This document shows positions 18,243 through 27,665 of a stretch of 64,000 bases of DNA, piece by piece. The first letter of the stretch is position 1. Every line of letters begins with the position of its first letter. This stretch comes from Actinomycetes bacterium (GTDB taxonomy: Bacteria > Actinomycetota > Thermoleophilia > Solirubrobacterales > Solirubrobacteraceae). The notes beneath the pieces are model-generated. The model saw nothing but the letters and a program-made list of their open reading frames with translations. It was not told the DNA's origin and did no database searches. The DNA is taken from positions 3,493-67,492 of the forward strand of contig JAJZDA010000001.1 of the NCBI GenBank assembly GCA_021851525.1, in the 5' to 3' direction. Both the position numbers and the translations under genes were made by a program.

Positions 18243-19043
18243 ATGGAAGAGTCTGTTGCACGAGCCCAAGCTGCCGAGCTGCTCGCCGAATCATCGGAGC
18301 TGACCCGCCAGGCAGCCGACGCTCTCGCTGCCGGAGACCTCGCCGCCACTGAGGCGCTTGAGGTGCGGGCCAACGAGCTTCGCCGGCGGGCCCAGCTCAC
18401 GATCGCTCGCATCGTCAAGCGCTCGCGCCCGGCCGGCGGCGGCCGACTGACCGCCCGGGAGCAGGCTATTACTGCCCTGGCAGAGATGGGCGTACCATCG
18501 CCCCCGCGCGAAATCGCCGAGTTCCACGAGGCGCGGTTCTCGAGCACGCTGGATGCGCGGGCGCTCGCGAGCGTGCGCCGCGACGAGGCGGCGGCCTGGG
18601 AGCGCGATCCGCTGTCACGCGCGGCGTTCTTGGTCCCGGCGCTGGACATACGCTTCTTCCGCCCTGTCCGCGGCCCACTGACCCTCAGCTCGTGGGAACT
18701 CGAGCAGCGCCTGCTCGGCGCATCGTCACCGCGCGTGGATCACCTGCGCCTCACGGTACGGCTGGCCGAGCTGGCTGGGCGCTTGGAGGGCGAGCCCGGG
18801 CAAGCGCTGGCCGCCATGGCGACTCGCTACGCGCGCACGGTTCCCGGAGCTGTTGACACTGCGGAAGATGCCGACACGACGCGTATTGCAGACGCTGCCC
18901 GTCGCGAGCTTGAGATCCTCGCCCCTCAGGACGACGAGGAGCGCACAGGCGCTGCCGCGCGGGCCCGCGAACAGCTTCAGGAGGCCGAGCTCATGTGGGG
19001 TCGCGACCCAGAGGGTCGAGGCCTGAAGGTGGTTGGGGACTGA
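18243..19043 (+). CDS. Hypothetical protein, possible winged HTH (HARE-HTH-like) domain
   Basis: Clean ORF heading the operon; LTAREQAITALAEMGVPSPPREIAEFHEARF fits a wHTH helix pattern (inference). Confidence 0.75.
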   Translation: MEESVARAQAAELLAESSELTRQAADALAAGDLAATEALEVRANELRRRAQLTIARIVKRSRPAGGGRLTAREQAITALAEMGVPSPPREIAEFHEARFSSTLDARALASVRRDEAAAWERDPLSRAAFLVPALDIRFFRPVRGPLTLSSWELEQRLLGASSPRVDHLRLTVRLAELAGRLEGEPGQALAAMATRYARTVPGAVDTAEDADTTRIADAARRELEILAPQDDEERTGAAARAREQLQEAELMWGRDPEGRGLKVVGD

Positions 19044-19103
19044 TGGCCGCTGGCGATGGAGGACACGGCAGCAATCTGTTGTTCGGGGTGAAGGGGTGAG
19101 CCG

Positions 19104-20228
19104 GTGAGTGCATCACGATCGGTAGCGGCGTTGGCGGCTTTCACCGAGGTCGCTGGATGTCCGACGGCCCGCGCGGCGTTCACGCAGGGCGTCGATCTCG
19201 ATCGCCTTCTTGTCGGGACGGGCTATGACGTCGCCTTCGGCCAGTCGGAGTACGCCTTCGCGCGCGGGACTCGCTTCGAGGCCGTCGTGAAGGGCGACCG
19301 CGGCAACGGCGTCTGCTCGTACGGTCCGATGCTCGAGCTGCTGAGAGACGAGCTCGGCTTCGATATCAGCCAGGCCCGAACGGCGAACCTGCGCGCGCTT
19401 CACCCGCCGCCACCTCCGCATCTGCTGGCCACGGATAAGCGTCACCTCGCGGCGCGCGCCGCCGACACAAGGCGGTTGGTTGGGGAGATCGCGCGTGAGG
19501 TGCCCGGCTGCGTCAACTTCATCGACGGCGCAGTCTTATCGGCAACGGTCGGCGGCCAGACGGCCTTCTACGAGACCGACGGTCTCGCCTTTCGTCTCGG
19601 CGGGCAACTGCGGATCGTTGAAATCAAGTCGTTCCCAAAGGTTGACGGTCAGGTCGATCCGGCCGCACTGGCGTCTGCGCTCGACCAGGGCGCGCTCTAC
19701 ACGTTGCTCGTCGAGCGGCTGCTCGTCGAGCTCGGCCTAGAGCCGAGCCTGGTGTCGCGCCGCCTCGTGCTGATCTGCCCGCGCAACGTCGCCATGACCC
19801 CGTGCCTCAGCGAGCGGGACGTCACCGCCCGCATACGGCGAATCGAGCGGTTGCTCGACAGTGTTCCGGACGCCGGAAGCCAGCCGGTCGCGCCGTTCGC
19901 GGACGCCGCGCGGGCCGCGGGCCGGACGGTGTCCGACCGGGTCGCCGCGCTGGAAGCCATCTGCGACCAGGTCGGCACCTGCTACGGCGACGCGTGCCAG
20001 TCCTGCGGGCTCCTGCGGCTCTGTCGTGAGCGCGCGCACGCATCCGGCGACGTGCGCAGCCTCGGCGAGCGACGTGCGCGCCAGCTGGCAGGCATTCCTA
20101 CGCTCCAGCGCGCGGTGGCCATTGCCGGTGGCTCCGCGCCGTCTCCGGCGGAGACCGGCGCTGCGACGGTGCTGCGGGCCGCCGCCGTACTGCGTGACCA
20201 AGCGCTCACGAGGATGGTGCCGTCGTGA
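19104..20228 (+). CDS. PD-(D/E)XK nuclease with Cas4/AddB/Dna2-type Fe-S cysteine staple
   Basis: N-terminal GCP, FEAVVK, ETDGL...IVEIKS, C-terminal CQSCGLLRLC (C-x2-C-x5-C). Confidence 0.75.
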   Translation: MSASRSVAALAAFTEVAGCPTARAAFTQGVDLDRLLVGTGYDVAFGQSEYAFARGTRFEAVVKGDRGNGVCSYGPMLELLRDELGFDISQARTANLRALHPPPPPHLLATDKRHLAARAADTRRLVGEIAREVPGCVNFIDGAVLSATVGGQTAFYETDGLAFRLGGQLRIVEIKSFPKVDGQVDPAALASALDQGALYTLLVERLLVELGLEPSLVSRRLVLICPRNVAMTPCLSERDVTARIRRIERLLDSVPDAGSQPVAPFADAARAAGRTVSDRVAALEAICDQVGTCYGDACQSCGLLRLCRERAHASGDVRSLGERRARQLAGIPTLQRAVAIAGGSAPSPAETGAATVLRAAAVLRDQALTRMVPS

Positions 20229-21670
20229 GCGCCCTTGAGACGCTCCAGAGCGCGGAGGCGTTCGTCGCGGGTCGGGCCAAGCCCGCGGCGATGGCATGCC
20301 ATCGCCGCCTTGTTGAATCGCCGATGGCCGTCTGCCTGTTCTCCCTCGGCGCAGAGCCCTTCTCGGTGGCCGCGGTCCAGTGGGGGACCGATCCCGACGA
20401 ACTACGGCGCGCCGTCGCCGGCGATCCGCGCAACCGCGACCTGCTGTTCGCCTCGCTCCTCGACTTCGCTGCCGAGTTCAACGCTTTCTTCGAGGCCGCG
20501 TGGGCGACGCACACGGTCCGTGTCAATCGCAACGGTCGCGAGATCGCCGAGGTCGCGCAGCCGCCCCAGATCCTTGTTCCGAACCGCGAGTCGATCATGC
20601 TGCTCGGCCGTCTCGGCCGCCGGCTCCGCTTCGTCGAGAACGCTCCCGACGATCTGCTTCGGCTCGGTGCGCATCTTGCGTTCTTGCGTGAGCACGCGGT
20701 GATCGCCGGCCAGCAGCTGATCGTTGCCGCCACCGAGCTCAACGACCTGCACTTCCACATGGCGCTGAACGACTGGGAGCGTGGGTCTCTCGCAGCGCAG
20801 GATGCGGCGATCGAGCCGCCGGCGGGCACGTCAGGTCACGCCGCCGCGGCCGACGTGGACATCACGCCAATCGGCCCACGTCCGGACGCCGTCCAAGACG
20901 ATCGGCTCCGTCCGCTGCTCGAGCGCTTCAACCGGGATCGCGCTGGTGCCACAGACTCGGCGACTGTCGCGCCGCTACTGGGCGCGATCGATGCGCACTA
21001 CGAGGGCCTGCTTGCCGACGCGTGGCGGCTTACGTGGCGGACCCGACAACGGCTCCTTGATTCGTTGCCGGAGGCGCGCATGGTCGGGCAGCGCGTTGCA
21101 ACCGACGCGGAGGGCTACGTCAGCCATATGCAGCTGATGGACCAGGGTATTCGCCGCCGCACACGCCAGACCGTCGCTCAGGCAATCGCGTTGCGCGCCC
21201 GTTGGGAGGACAGCAGCACGCGTCTCGCCGCGGAGCAAGCCTATGACGACCCGCTCCAGATGGTCGATGTCCTCCTGTCCGGCCAGGCGATGATCGGCGC
21301 CGTCCAAGCTATCGATACCGACCACCGCATCCAGGGACCAACGAATATGGTCCGTCGTCCGCGCATCGAGCTCGAACTCGAGGGCTCATGTCCGTTCCTG
21401 CCCGGCGAGACCGTCCACTGGGACGCCGACCCCGGCCGCAGATATCAGATTGAGACCATCAACCCGCGCCCGGGCAGTGGCGACCGCGTGACGCTGCTGC
21501 TGCTGAACCCCGGGGCGCCGATGCTGCCGGCACGGGGGCAGCTGATGTGTGTCGCGACATTAAACGTTGAGAAGAGGTTCCGGGGCGGAAGTCCGGCTAA
21601 TATCCCGTGGCCGTACGCCGCGCCGCCAGTACCCACCGACGGCGACATCGATGCTCAGGATGCAGCATGA
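20225..21670 (+). CDS. Hypothetical protein coupled between nuclease and helicase
   Basis: GTGA overlap upstream and ATGA overlap downstream; helical middle and beta-rich C-terminus. Confidence 0.8.
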   Translation: MSALETLQSAEAFVAGRAKPAAMACHRRLVESPMAVCLFSLGAEPFSVAAVQWGTDPDELRRAVAGDPRNRDLLFASLLDFAAEFNAFFEAAWATHTVRVNRNGREIAEVAQPPQILVPNRESIMLLGRLGRRLRFVENAPDDLLRLGAHLAFLREHAVIAGQQLIVAATELNDLHFHMALNDWERGSLAAQDAAIEPPAGTSGHAAAADVDITPIGPRPDAVQDDRLRPLLERFNRDRAGATDSATVAPLLGAIDAHYEGLLADAWRLTWRTRQRLLDSLPEARMVGQRVATDAEGYVSHMQLMDQGIRRRTRQTVAQAIALRARWEDSSTRLAAEQAYDDPLQMVDVLLSGQAMIGAVQAIDTDHRIQGPTNMVRRPRIELELEGSCPFLPGETVHWDADPGRRYQIETINPRPGSGDRVTLLLLNPGAPMLPARGQLMCVATLNVEKRFRGGSPANIPWPYAAPPVPTDGDIDAQDAA

Positions 21671-23043
21671 GCACGACTACTGACCCGACGGTTGAGCAAC
21701 GCGCCGAGGCAGTTGCCGATGCCTGCCGCAACGACGTGCGCCAGATGATCGCCGCGTCACGGCAGGGAGCGGTGATCCTCAAGGCCATCGCCGGCGGCGG
21801 CAAGTCCACGTTCATCACCCAGACCGTGGGTCATGTCGCCGGGGAGGCACGCGTGATGGTCGCCGCCCCGACCAACGAGCAGGTGTTCGCACTCGTCGGG
21901 TCCATCGCGCGAGCTCACCCTGCGTTGGTCCTCCACTATGTCCCTGCCAAGGACGTGGAGCTGCCAGCGGTGCATTTGTTGCCCAACGTCCGCGTGGTCA
22001 ACGCGCAACGGGCTCGTGGCCAGCGGCTCATCGTCGGCACGCTCGACAAGCTCGGCGACGCTTTCAGCCGCAACGATCTCGGCCCCACCGACTGCCTCAT
22101 CGTCGATGAGGCGTATCAGGCCGACTCGAGTCGCTATCACCGCGCCGCCGATCTGGCCAACGTGCACCTGCTTGTCGGGGATGCCGGGCAGATCGCCCCA
22201 TTCACGACCGTGACCGAAGCCCTCCGCTGGCGAGGCCTGCCCGAGGACCCTGTGCGAACCGCCGTCAATGTCGTACTCGACAACCCGGCCGTCCACACGC
22301 GCGTACACCACTTTCCGATCACCCGTCGCCTGGACGCCCGCTCGGCAGAAGCCGCACGTTCGTTCTACGAGCGGGACCACGACTTCGAGGCGGTCGTGCC
22401 GAGAGGCGTGCGCTCGCTGACGTGGTCGGGCCCGCGGCCTCTTGGTGCCCGCGAGCGACAGCTCGACGACGCGTTGAGCGTCGCTGGTCGCGAGGGCTTC
22501 TGTCTCCTGGAGCTGCCCGCCGCCGTCACGCCCCCCGTCGACCCGGAGATCGTCCAGCTCGTCGCCGACCTCGTATGCCGCGCCCTCCATCCGAGCCGTC
22601 CGGCGGACGCCGTATGCGAGCGTCATCAATCGGGAATCCGTTTGGCGGCGCACCGCGTCGCTGTTGGCGCAAGCCACAACGACCAAGTCCGCGCGCTGCG
22701 CCGAGAGCTAGCTACGCGCGGCCAGCACGACGTGACCGTCGAGACCGCCAACCGCCTGCAGGGTCTCGAGTTCGACCTGGTTATCGCATGGCATCCACTT
22801 TCCGGTCTGCACGCACTGGACAGCTTCCACCTGGAGTCGGGCCGCCTATGCGTCATGGCGACGCGTCACCGTCACGCGTGTGTGGTTGTCGGGCGAGCTG
22901 GCGACCGCGAGCTGCTCGAAGGTGTGCCGCCCTCGGGTGATGCGTGGCTGGGACGGGACGACGAACCGATGCTTGACGGTTGGGACGCTCACCGCGCCTT
23001 CTACGAATCGTTGGCGCCTGTCCGCCGTCCGTTTGACGCGTAG
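21667..23043 (+). CDS. SF1B (Upf1/Dna2-like) helicase core
   Basis: AIAGGGKS, IVDEAYQ, VGDAGQI, TRRL, ETANRLQGLEFD, RLCVMATRHR; start ATG 21667. Confidence 0.88.
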   Translation: MSTTTDPTVEQRAEAVADACRNDVRQMIAASRQGAVILKAIAGGGKSTFITQTVGHVAGEARVMVAAPTNEQVFALVGSIARAHPALVLHYVPAKDVELPAVHLLPNVRVVNAQRARGQRLIVGTLDKLGDAFSRNDLGPTDCLIVDEAYQADSSRYHRAADLANVHLLVGDAGQIAPFTTVTEALRWRGLPEDPVRTAVNVVLDNPAVHTRVHHFPITRRLDARSAEAARSFYERDHDFEAVVPRGVRSLTWSGPRPLGARERQLDDALSVAGREGFCLLELPAAVTPPVDPEIVQLVADLVCRALHPSRPADAVCERHQSGIRLAAHRVAVGASHNDQVRALRRELATRGQHDVTVETANRLQGLEFDLVIAWHPLSGLHALDSFHLESGRLCVMATRHRHACVVVGRAGDRELLEGVPPSGDAWLGRDDEPMLDGWDAHRAFYESLAPVRRPFDA

Positions 23044-23066
23044 GTCCAGATAAGGCCCGAGATCCG

Positions 23067-26000
23067 ATGACCGCGCTTGGTACCGCACGCACAACGACGA
23101 GAAGCCGCGAGGACGACCACATCGGCCTGATGAGCCGGACCCTGCGTGAGCTCACCGGCTTCACGACGATGGTCTTCGAGCTCATCCAGAATGCAGACGA
23201 CACTCAGGCCGCTACGTGCCTGCGATTCGACGTGCGTGACGAGGCGCTCGTGGTCGAGGATGACGGTGGTTTCACCGACTGCGGCCAGCAGGAGCTCGGC
23301 GTCCATTCTTGTCCCTTCTTGGCCGAGCGCGGACACCGTTGCGATTTCCACTCCTTCCGCCTTTTCTCGAGCGCGGATAAGCGGCGACGGCAGAACACGA
23401 CCGGTGCGATGGGGATCGGATTCACGTCGGTCTACCAGGTGACGGACCGCCCTGAGCTCATCTCGGGTCGGCTGCACTGGGTGATCGACGAGACCAAGGA
23501 TCAGAACGAACGCATCCTCGAGACAGAGCTTGGCGTTCCGCACGTCGGCACTCGGTTCGTCCTCCCTTGGGCAACCGACCCCAAGAGCGAATTTCGAGTT
23601 CGGGCAGAGGTTGCCGCCGCGCCCGCCGACGTCCAGGAGCAGCTGCTCGCTGCGCTCGACGAGGCCGTCGCCCCCGCGATGCTGTTCCTCAGAAATCTCG
23701 ATCGGATAGAGATTCTCCGAAACGGCAAGCGGCTCCGCTACGTGACGCGCGTGTCGGACGGTGACCATATCCTCGTAGATGACAATGGTCGCGTCGAGGA
23801 GTGGCGCCTACTGCGTGGAGATTTCGATCGGGATGCGAACGAACTCCGATCGCGGTATCCCGGCCAGATCGAGGATGTGCGATCCGCCGCCGTGGAGGTT
23901 GCGGTACCGAATGGGTTCGACGTCGATGGCCGGCTCTGCGCGACCCTGCCGACGGCGTCAGTCACCAGGTTGCCACTGCATATCAACGCCGAGCTGATCC
24001 TCACCTCAGACCGGCGTCAGCCCTTGATGAGTACGCCCGCGGCTGCACAGTGGAACGCGGAGGCGATCGTCTGCGCGGGTCGACTCCTGGCAGACAACCT
24101 CGAGGCGCTCGCCGAGCTTCTGGGTCCCGGACGCCTGTGGGCCGCCTTGGACCACGCGTGGGCACTTCACCGCAACGAGAGCAGCGATCCCGTGGCGGAC
24201 ACGCTCAAATCGATTTGGGAGCAGGTCTCGCCAGAGCTTGAGGGCAGCGAGATCGTGTGGACCAGCCGTGGGAAGTGGGCCACGATCGACGGAACCCGCC
24301 TCGTGCTTTCGCAGGACGAAGAGGTCGCGCTCGAAGTTCTAGAGGCCGTGGGGATCGCGATTGTCCATCCCGAGCTGCGCCCCCGGTTCAACGTCCTTCA
24401 GCACGTCGGCGTTGCCGTGCTCACCGTAGTCGACATCGCCGATGCAGTTTCGGACCTCGACATCTCTCCGGGAACTCCGCTCGATGAACTACCGACGCCA
24501 CTCGACACCGAGTCAGCACGCAGCATTCTCTGGGCGCAGCTCGGGCGCGTTCTGAAGCGCCTGACTGAGTCACAGCGGCAGGCTGTCGTCGAGCAGATGT
24601 CCGGTGTGCCGCTCGTCCCCACCCGCCATCAGACATTGGCCCCCGTCGACACCACTCGCCGAGCGGACAAACCGACCGCGACTCTCTTCGACGCCTTCCT
24701 CATCACGGATCCGCTTCTCAACGATGGCCTCCTTACTGGTGACGCCGAGCCGTGCGTCTCGATCTGCCGCTTGCTGAGCGTCGATGACGCGCTGGAGGCG
24801 CTTGGCAATCTCGACCGCAATGTGACGGCCGATGAGGGCTTCGCGCTCGTCGATTGGTTTTCGAAGCAGGATGAGTTCACACCAGCGCAGGCGGAGGCGC
24901 TCGGTGGTCTGGCGATCTTCCCCGCGAGCGACCGGGAGACGTGCGTGCTGGCGGAACTCGCGTTGCCCGGCGACTTCCAGGATGTCCTCTCGCTTGCCCG
25001 ACTCGTGCATGAGGACGCGGCGAAGCGATTTGGGGTGTTTCTCGAAAGCCTTGGCGCTCGCACACTCAGCCTGAAGGTCTACGTCGAAGATCACGCGCTT
25101 CCCGCGCTTGAGGATGCCCATCTTCCTGTCGACAAGCGCCGCGCAGTCGTCGCCTTGCTTGCCCAGCGCTGGGGGGAGATGAGCGATGACCTGCGAATCC
25201 GCCAGCTGGTATCCGATACCGCGATCGTCGAATGCGTGGATGGATCCTGGGTGCCCCCGGGTCAGGCCTACTTCTGGACCGAACAGGTCAGCGAAGTGCT
25301 CGGTCGGGCGGCACCAGCTGCGGTGTTGTCGGGCGAGCACCGTCACGCACTCGAGCAGTTCTTGGCTGATGTCGGGGTGAGCCGCCAACCACGCCGGCCT
25401 GATGTTCTCGCTCGGATCAAAGAACTGACCGACGATGACCCGAACAGAACGTCGAGGAACGCAATCGAGCGAATTGTCGAGTGGCTCGGGACACGCTGGC
25501 CGGATGCTTCCGCGGCCGAGCAGGCAGGCTGGTCGCTGTTACGAACACGCGCGTGGCTGCCGCGCCGCGGGTCAAGTAAGTGGCATCCACCTGGCGAGCT
25601 GGATCTGGTCTTCCAGGAAGCTGCCTTCCGCTCGCAGGGTGCGTTTCTCGACTTCCGACGGACGCTGCAGCAGCGCCACACCCTGTTACTCACATGGCTG
25701 GGCCTAAAGAGCGCACCAACGGTCAGGAAGGTTGTCGATCACCTCCTCCACTGTGCTCGCTGCGATGAACAGCCGAGCGATGCCGTCTACACCGAGCTGA
25801 ACAATCGTTCCGACGCACCAGAGATCGACGCTCTCGTCGGTGCCAGATGCCTTCGGCTCGATGGAAGGTGGCGGCGGGCGGACGAGGTCTTCTGGGGAGA
25901 GCACCCCTTCGGCCGCTGGCGCGTAACGCTCGGATCCAATTTCACTAATGCCCAGAAGCTTCTCGACCGACTGGGCGTGCGACCAGCTCCGACCCCTGCT

Positions 26001-27665
26001 GATGCGATCGCCGTCCTGAAGGACATCGCCGCCGAACTCGGACCGGGGCACGACGTAATCGACGACGAGGACCTGATGGTCGTCCTGAAGTGCTGGCAGA
26101 TCTGCGAACGGGCGCTGAGCGACGGGGAACTCGAGCCGGAAGACCTCGCAGCTCTTCGCGGACACGAGACCGTCGCCGACGAGCGCGGCATCCTCGTCAA
26201 GCCGGGGCTTCTGTTCTTCGAGGATTTTCCGGGCCTCGCGGATGAGTTCCCGATGCTCAGCCAGAGTGTCATCAGGCGCCCAGACGGCGGCGCCCGGGCG
26301 ATGACTGCTGCCGGTGTTCGTGACCTGAGTCGTGTTGCCGCAGCGCGGATCGTCGACGTCGGGGACCGAATCGATCCGGGACTCTTGACGGCGCCCCTTC
26401 AGGAGCGTGCTGAAGAGCTCGCGCGTGTCGTCTCCCACGCAACAAACGAATCGTGGAAGGACATTGCAGCACGACTTGAACATCTGGAATGGTCAGCGGT
26501 GACCAAGTTGGTAATCGCCTGGGAGCTCGAACTGTGGGGCCAACGCGAAGCGGGCGCGCCCCGAGATGCTGCTGCGCTGTGGGCTTACGAGGAGGAGACG
26601 ATCTACGTAACGTCTGGTGACTCCGGTCCGTCATGGAACGCCGTGGCGCGCGAACTCGTCCGAGCGGTCTGGCCCGATGCTGCTCCCGCGAACGTCGCCC
26701 TCGCGATCGCGGCCGTGCTTCGGGCGCCGGACCGCGAAACGGCCCGGCGCGACCTGAATGACGCCGGTATCCCCACGCTCGCGCCGGATGTGCAGGCCGA
26801 GGTTTCCGGTGCAACGGCGACCGAATTCGACACCGCCGCCGAGGAGTTCGACGACGCGGAGGATGAATCACCGGCAGACTCCACTGAGCGGGAGGAAGGT
26901 CCGAGGTCCGAGGACGACGGCCCGCATAACGAATCCGAGGACGCGGGCGATCCGACGTCGGGCGCCGAAACGGCTCGCCAAGATGACGACGGCGACGCAG
27001 ACCGCATCGAGATCAGCAGCGGCGGTGACGCGGACGATGGCGATGATCACCGCAACGATGGCCGTGATTCCAGTGATGCCGGTCAGAGCGGTCAGGACGC
27101 TGACGCCGGTGATGCCGGGTGGGGCGGCGAACCGTCGACGAAGGACCGAGCGAAGAAGCCGGCCTCATCCAAGAGCCGGCTGAGGTCATACGTCGTTCCG
27201 CCTTCAGGTGACGAAGGATCGAGTGACGCCAGCAGCGAACACGACAGTCAGATCTCGGCCGTCGACGCTGCCGGCATCGAGGAAGTGCTGCGCTACGAAC
27301 GCGCACAGGGACGTACCCCGGAGGACATGAATGAGACGAACCCAGGGAATGAGGGCTACGACATCCGATCGTTCTACGAGGACGGCGAGATCGCACGGTG
27401 GATTGAAGTGAAGTCGACAGCTGGCCCGTGGGACCGAGTGGGGGTCGGGCTATCACCTCCCCAGTTCCGGTTCACGCAGCGTGACGGCGCCGAGCAAAGC
27501 TGGCTCTACGTTGTCGAGTACGCCCTGGACCCGGAGAGGCGCCGGCTCTGGTGCATCCAGGATCCCGCCGAGCGCGTAACGGACTTCATGTTCGACGACG
27601 GCTGGAAGGGTCTGGCCGACCCTCCGGGTGGGTTCGCTTGCGCCGATAGCGTGGAGACTGCGTGA
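23067..27665 (+). CDS. Sacsin-like GHKL ATPase + DUF3883 (NOV-C) nuclease domain protein
   Basis: FELIQNADD, EDDGGF, TGAMGIGFTSVY; acidic low-complexity linker; GYDIRS...WIEVKST...WLYVVE C-terminus. Confidence 0.85.
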   Translation: MTALGTARTTTRSREDDHIGLMSRTLRELTGFTTMVFELIQNADDTQAATCLRFDVRDEALVVEDDGGFTDCGQQELGVHSCPFLAERGHRCDFHSFRLFSSADKRRRQNTTGAMGIGFTSVYQVTDRPELISGRLHWVIDETKDQNERILETELGVPHVGTRFVLPWATDPKSEFRVRAEVAAAPADVQEQLLAALDEAVAPAMLFLRNLDRIEILRNGKRLRYVTRVSDGDHILVDDNGRVEEWRLLRGDFDRDANELRSRYPGQIEDVRSAAVEVAVPNGFDVDGRLCATLPTASVTRLPLHINAELILTSDRRQPLMSTPAAAQWNAEAIVCAGRLLADNLEALAELLGPGRLWAALDHAWALHRNESSDPVADTLKSIWEQVSPELEGSEIVWTSRGKWATIDGTRLVLSQDEEVALEVLEAVGIAIVHPELRPRFNVLQHVGVAVLTVVDIADAVSDLDISPGTPLDELPTPLDTESARSILWAQLGRVLKRLTESQRQAVVEQMSGVPLVPTRHQTLAPVDTTRRADKPTATLFDAFLITDPLLNDGLLTGDAEPCVSICRLLSVDDALEALGNLDRNVTADEGFALVDWFSKQDEFTPAQAEALGGLAIFPASDRETCVLAELALPGDFQDVLSLARLVHEDAAKRFGVFLESLGARTLSLKVYVEDHALPALEDAHLPVDKRRAVVALLAQRWGEMSDDLRIRQLVSDTAIVECVDGSWVPPGQAYFWTEQVSEVLGRAAPAAVLSGEHRHALEQFLADVGVSRQPRRPDVLARIKELTDDDPNRTSRNAIERIVEWLGTRWPDASAAEQAGWSLLRTRAWLPRRGSSKWHPPGELDLVFQEAAFRSQGAFLDFRRTLQQRHTLLLTWLGLKSAPTVRKVVDHLLHCARCDEQPSDAVYTELNNRSDAPEIDALVGARCLRLDGRWRRADEVFWGEHPFGRWRVTLGSNFTNAQKLLDRLGVRPAPTPADAIAVLKDIAAELGPGHDVIDDEDLMVVLKCWQICERALSDGELEPEDLAALRGHETVADERGILVKPGLLFFEDFPGLADEFPMLSQSVIRRPDGGARAMTAAGVRDLSRVAAARIVDVGDRIDPGLLTAPLQERAEELARVVSHATNESWKDIAARLEHLEWSAVTKLVIAWELELWGQREAGAPRDAAALWAYEEETIYVTSGDSGPSWNAVARELVRAVWPDAAPANVALAIAAVLRAPDRETARRDLNDAGIPTLAPDVQAEVSGATATEFDTAAEEFDDAEDESPADSTEREEGPRSEDDGPHNESEDAGDPTSGAETARQDDDGDADRIEISSGGDADDGDDHRNDGRDSSDAGQSGQDADAGDAGWGGEPSTKDRAKKPASSKSRLRSYVVPPSGDEGSSDASSEHDSQISAVDAAGIEEVLRYERAQGRTPEDMNETNPGNEGYDIRSFYEDGEIARWIEVKSTAGPWDRVGVGLSPPQFRFTQRDGAEQSWLYVVEYALDPERRRLWCIQDPAERVTDFMFDDGWKGLADPPGGFACADSVETA

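Noticed and set aside
18243-23043. pPIWI-RE/Argonaute, Gabija, DISARM or BREX assignment for the four-gene module
   Set aside because: No PIWI/MID, OLD/Toprim, DUF1998, PLD effector or PglZ/BrxC motifs recognised, and the helicase is SF1B rather than DinG or SNF2.
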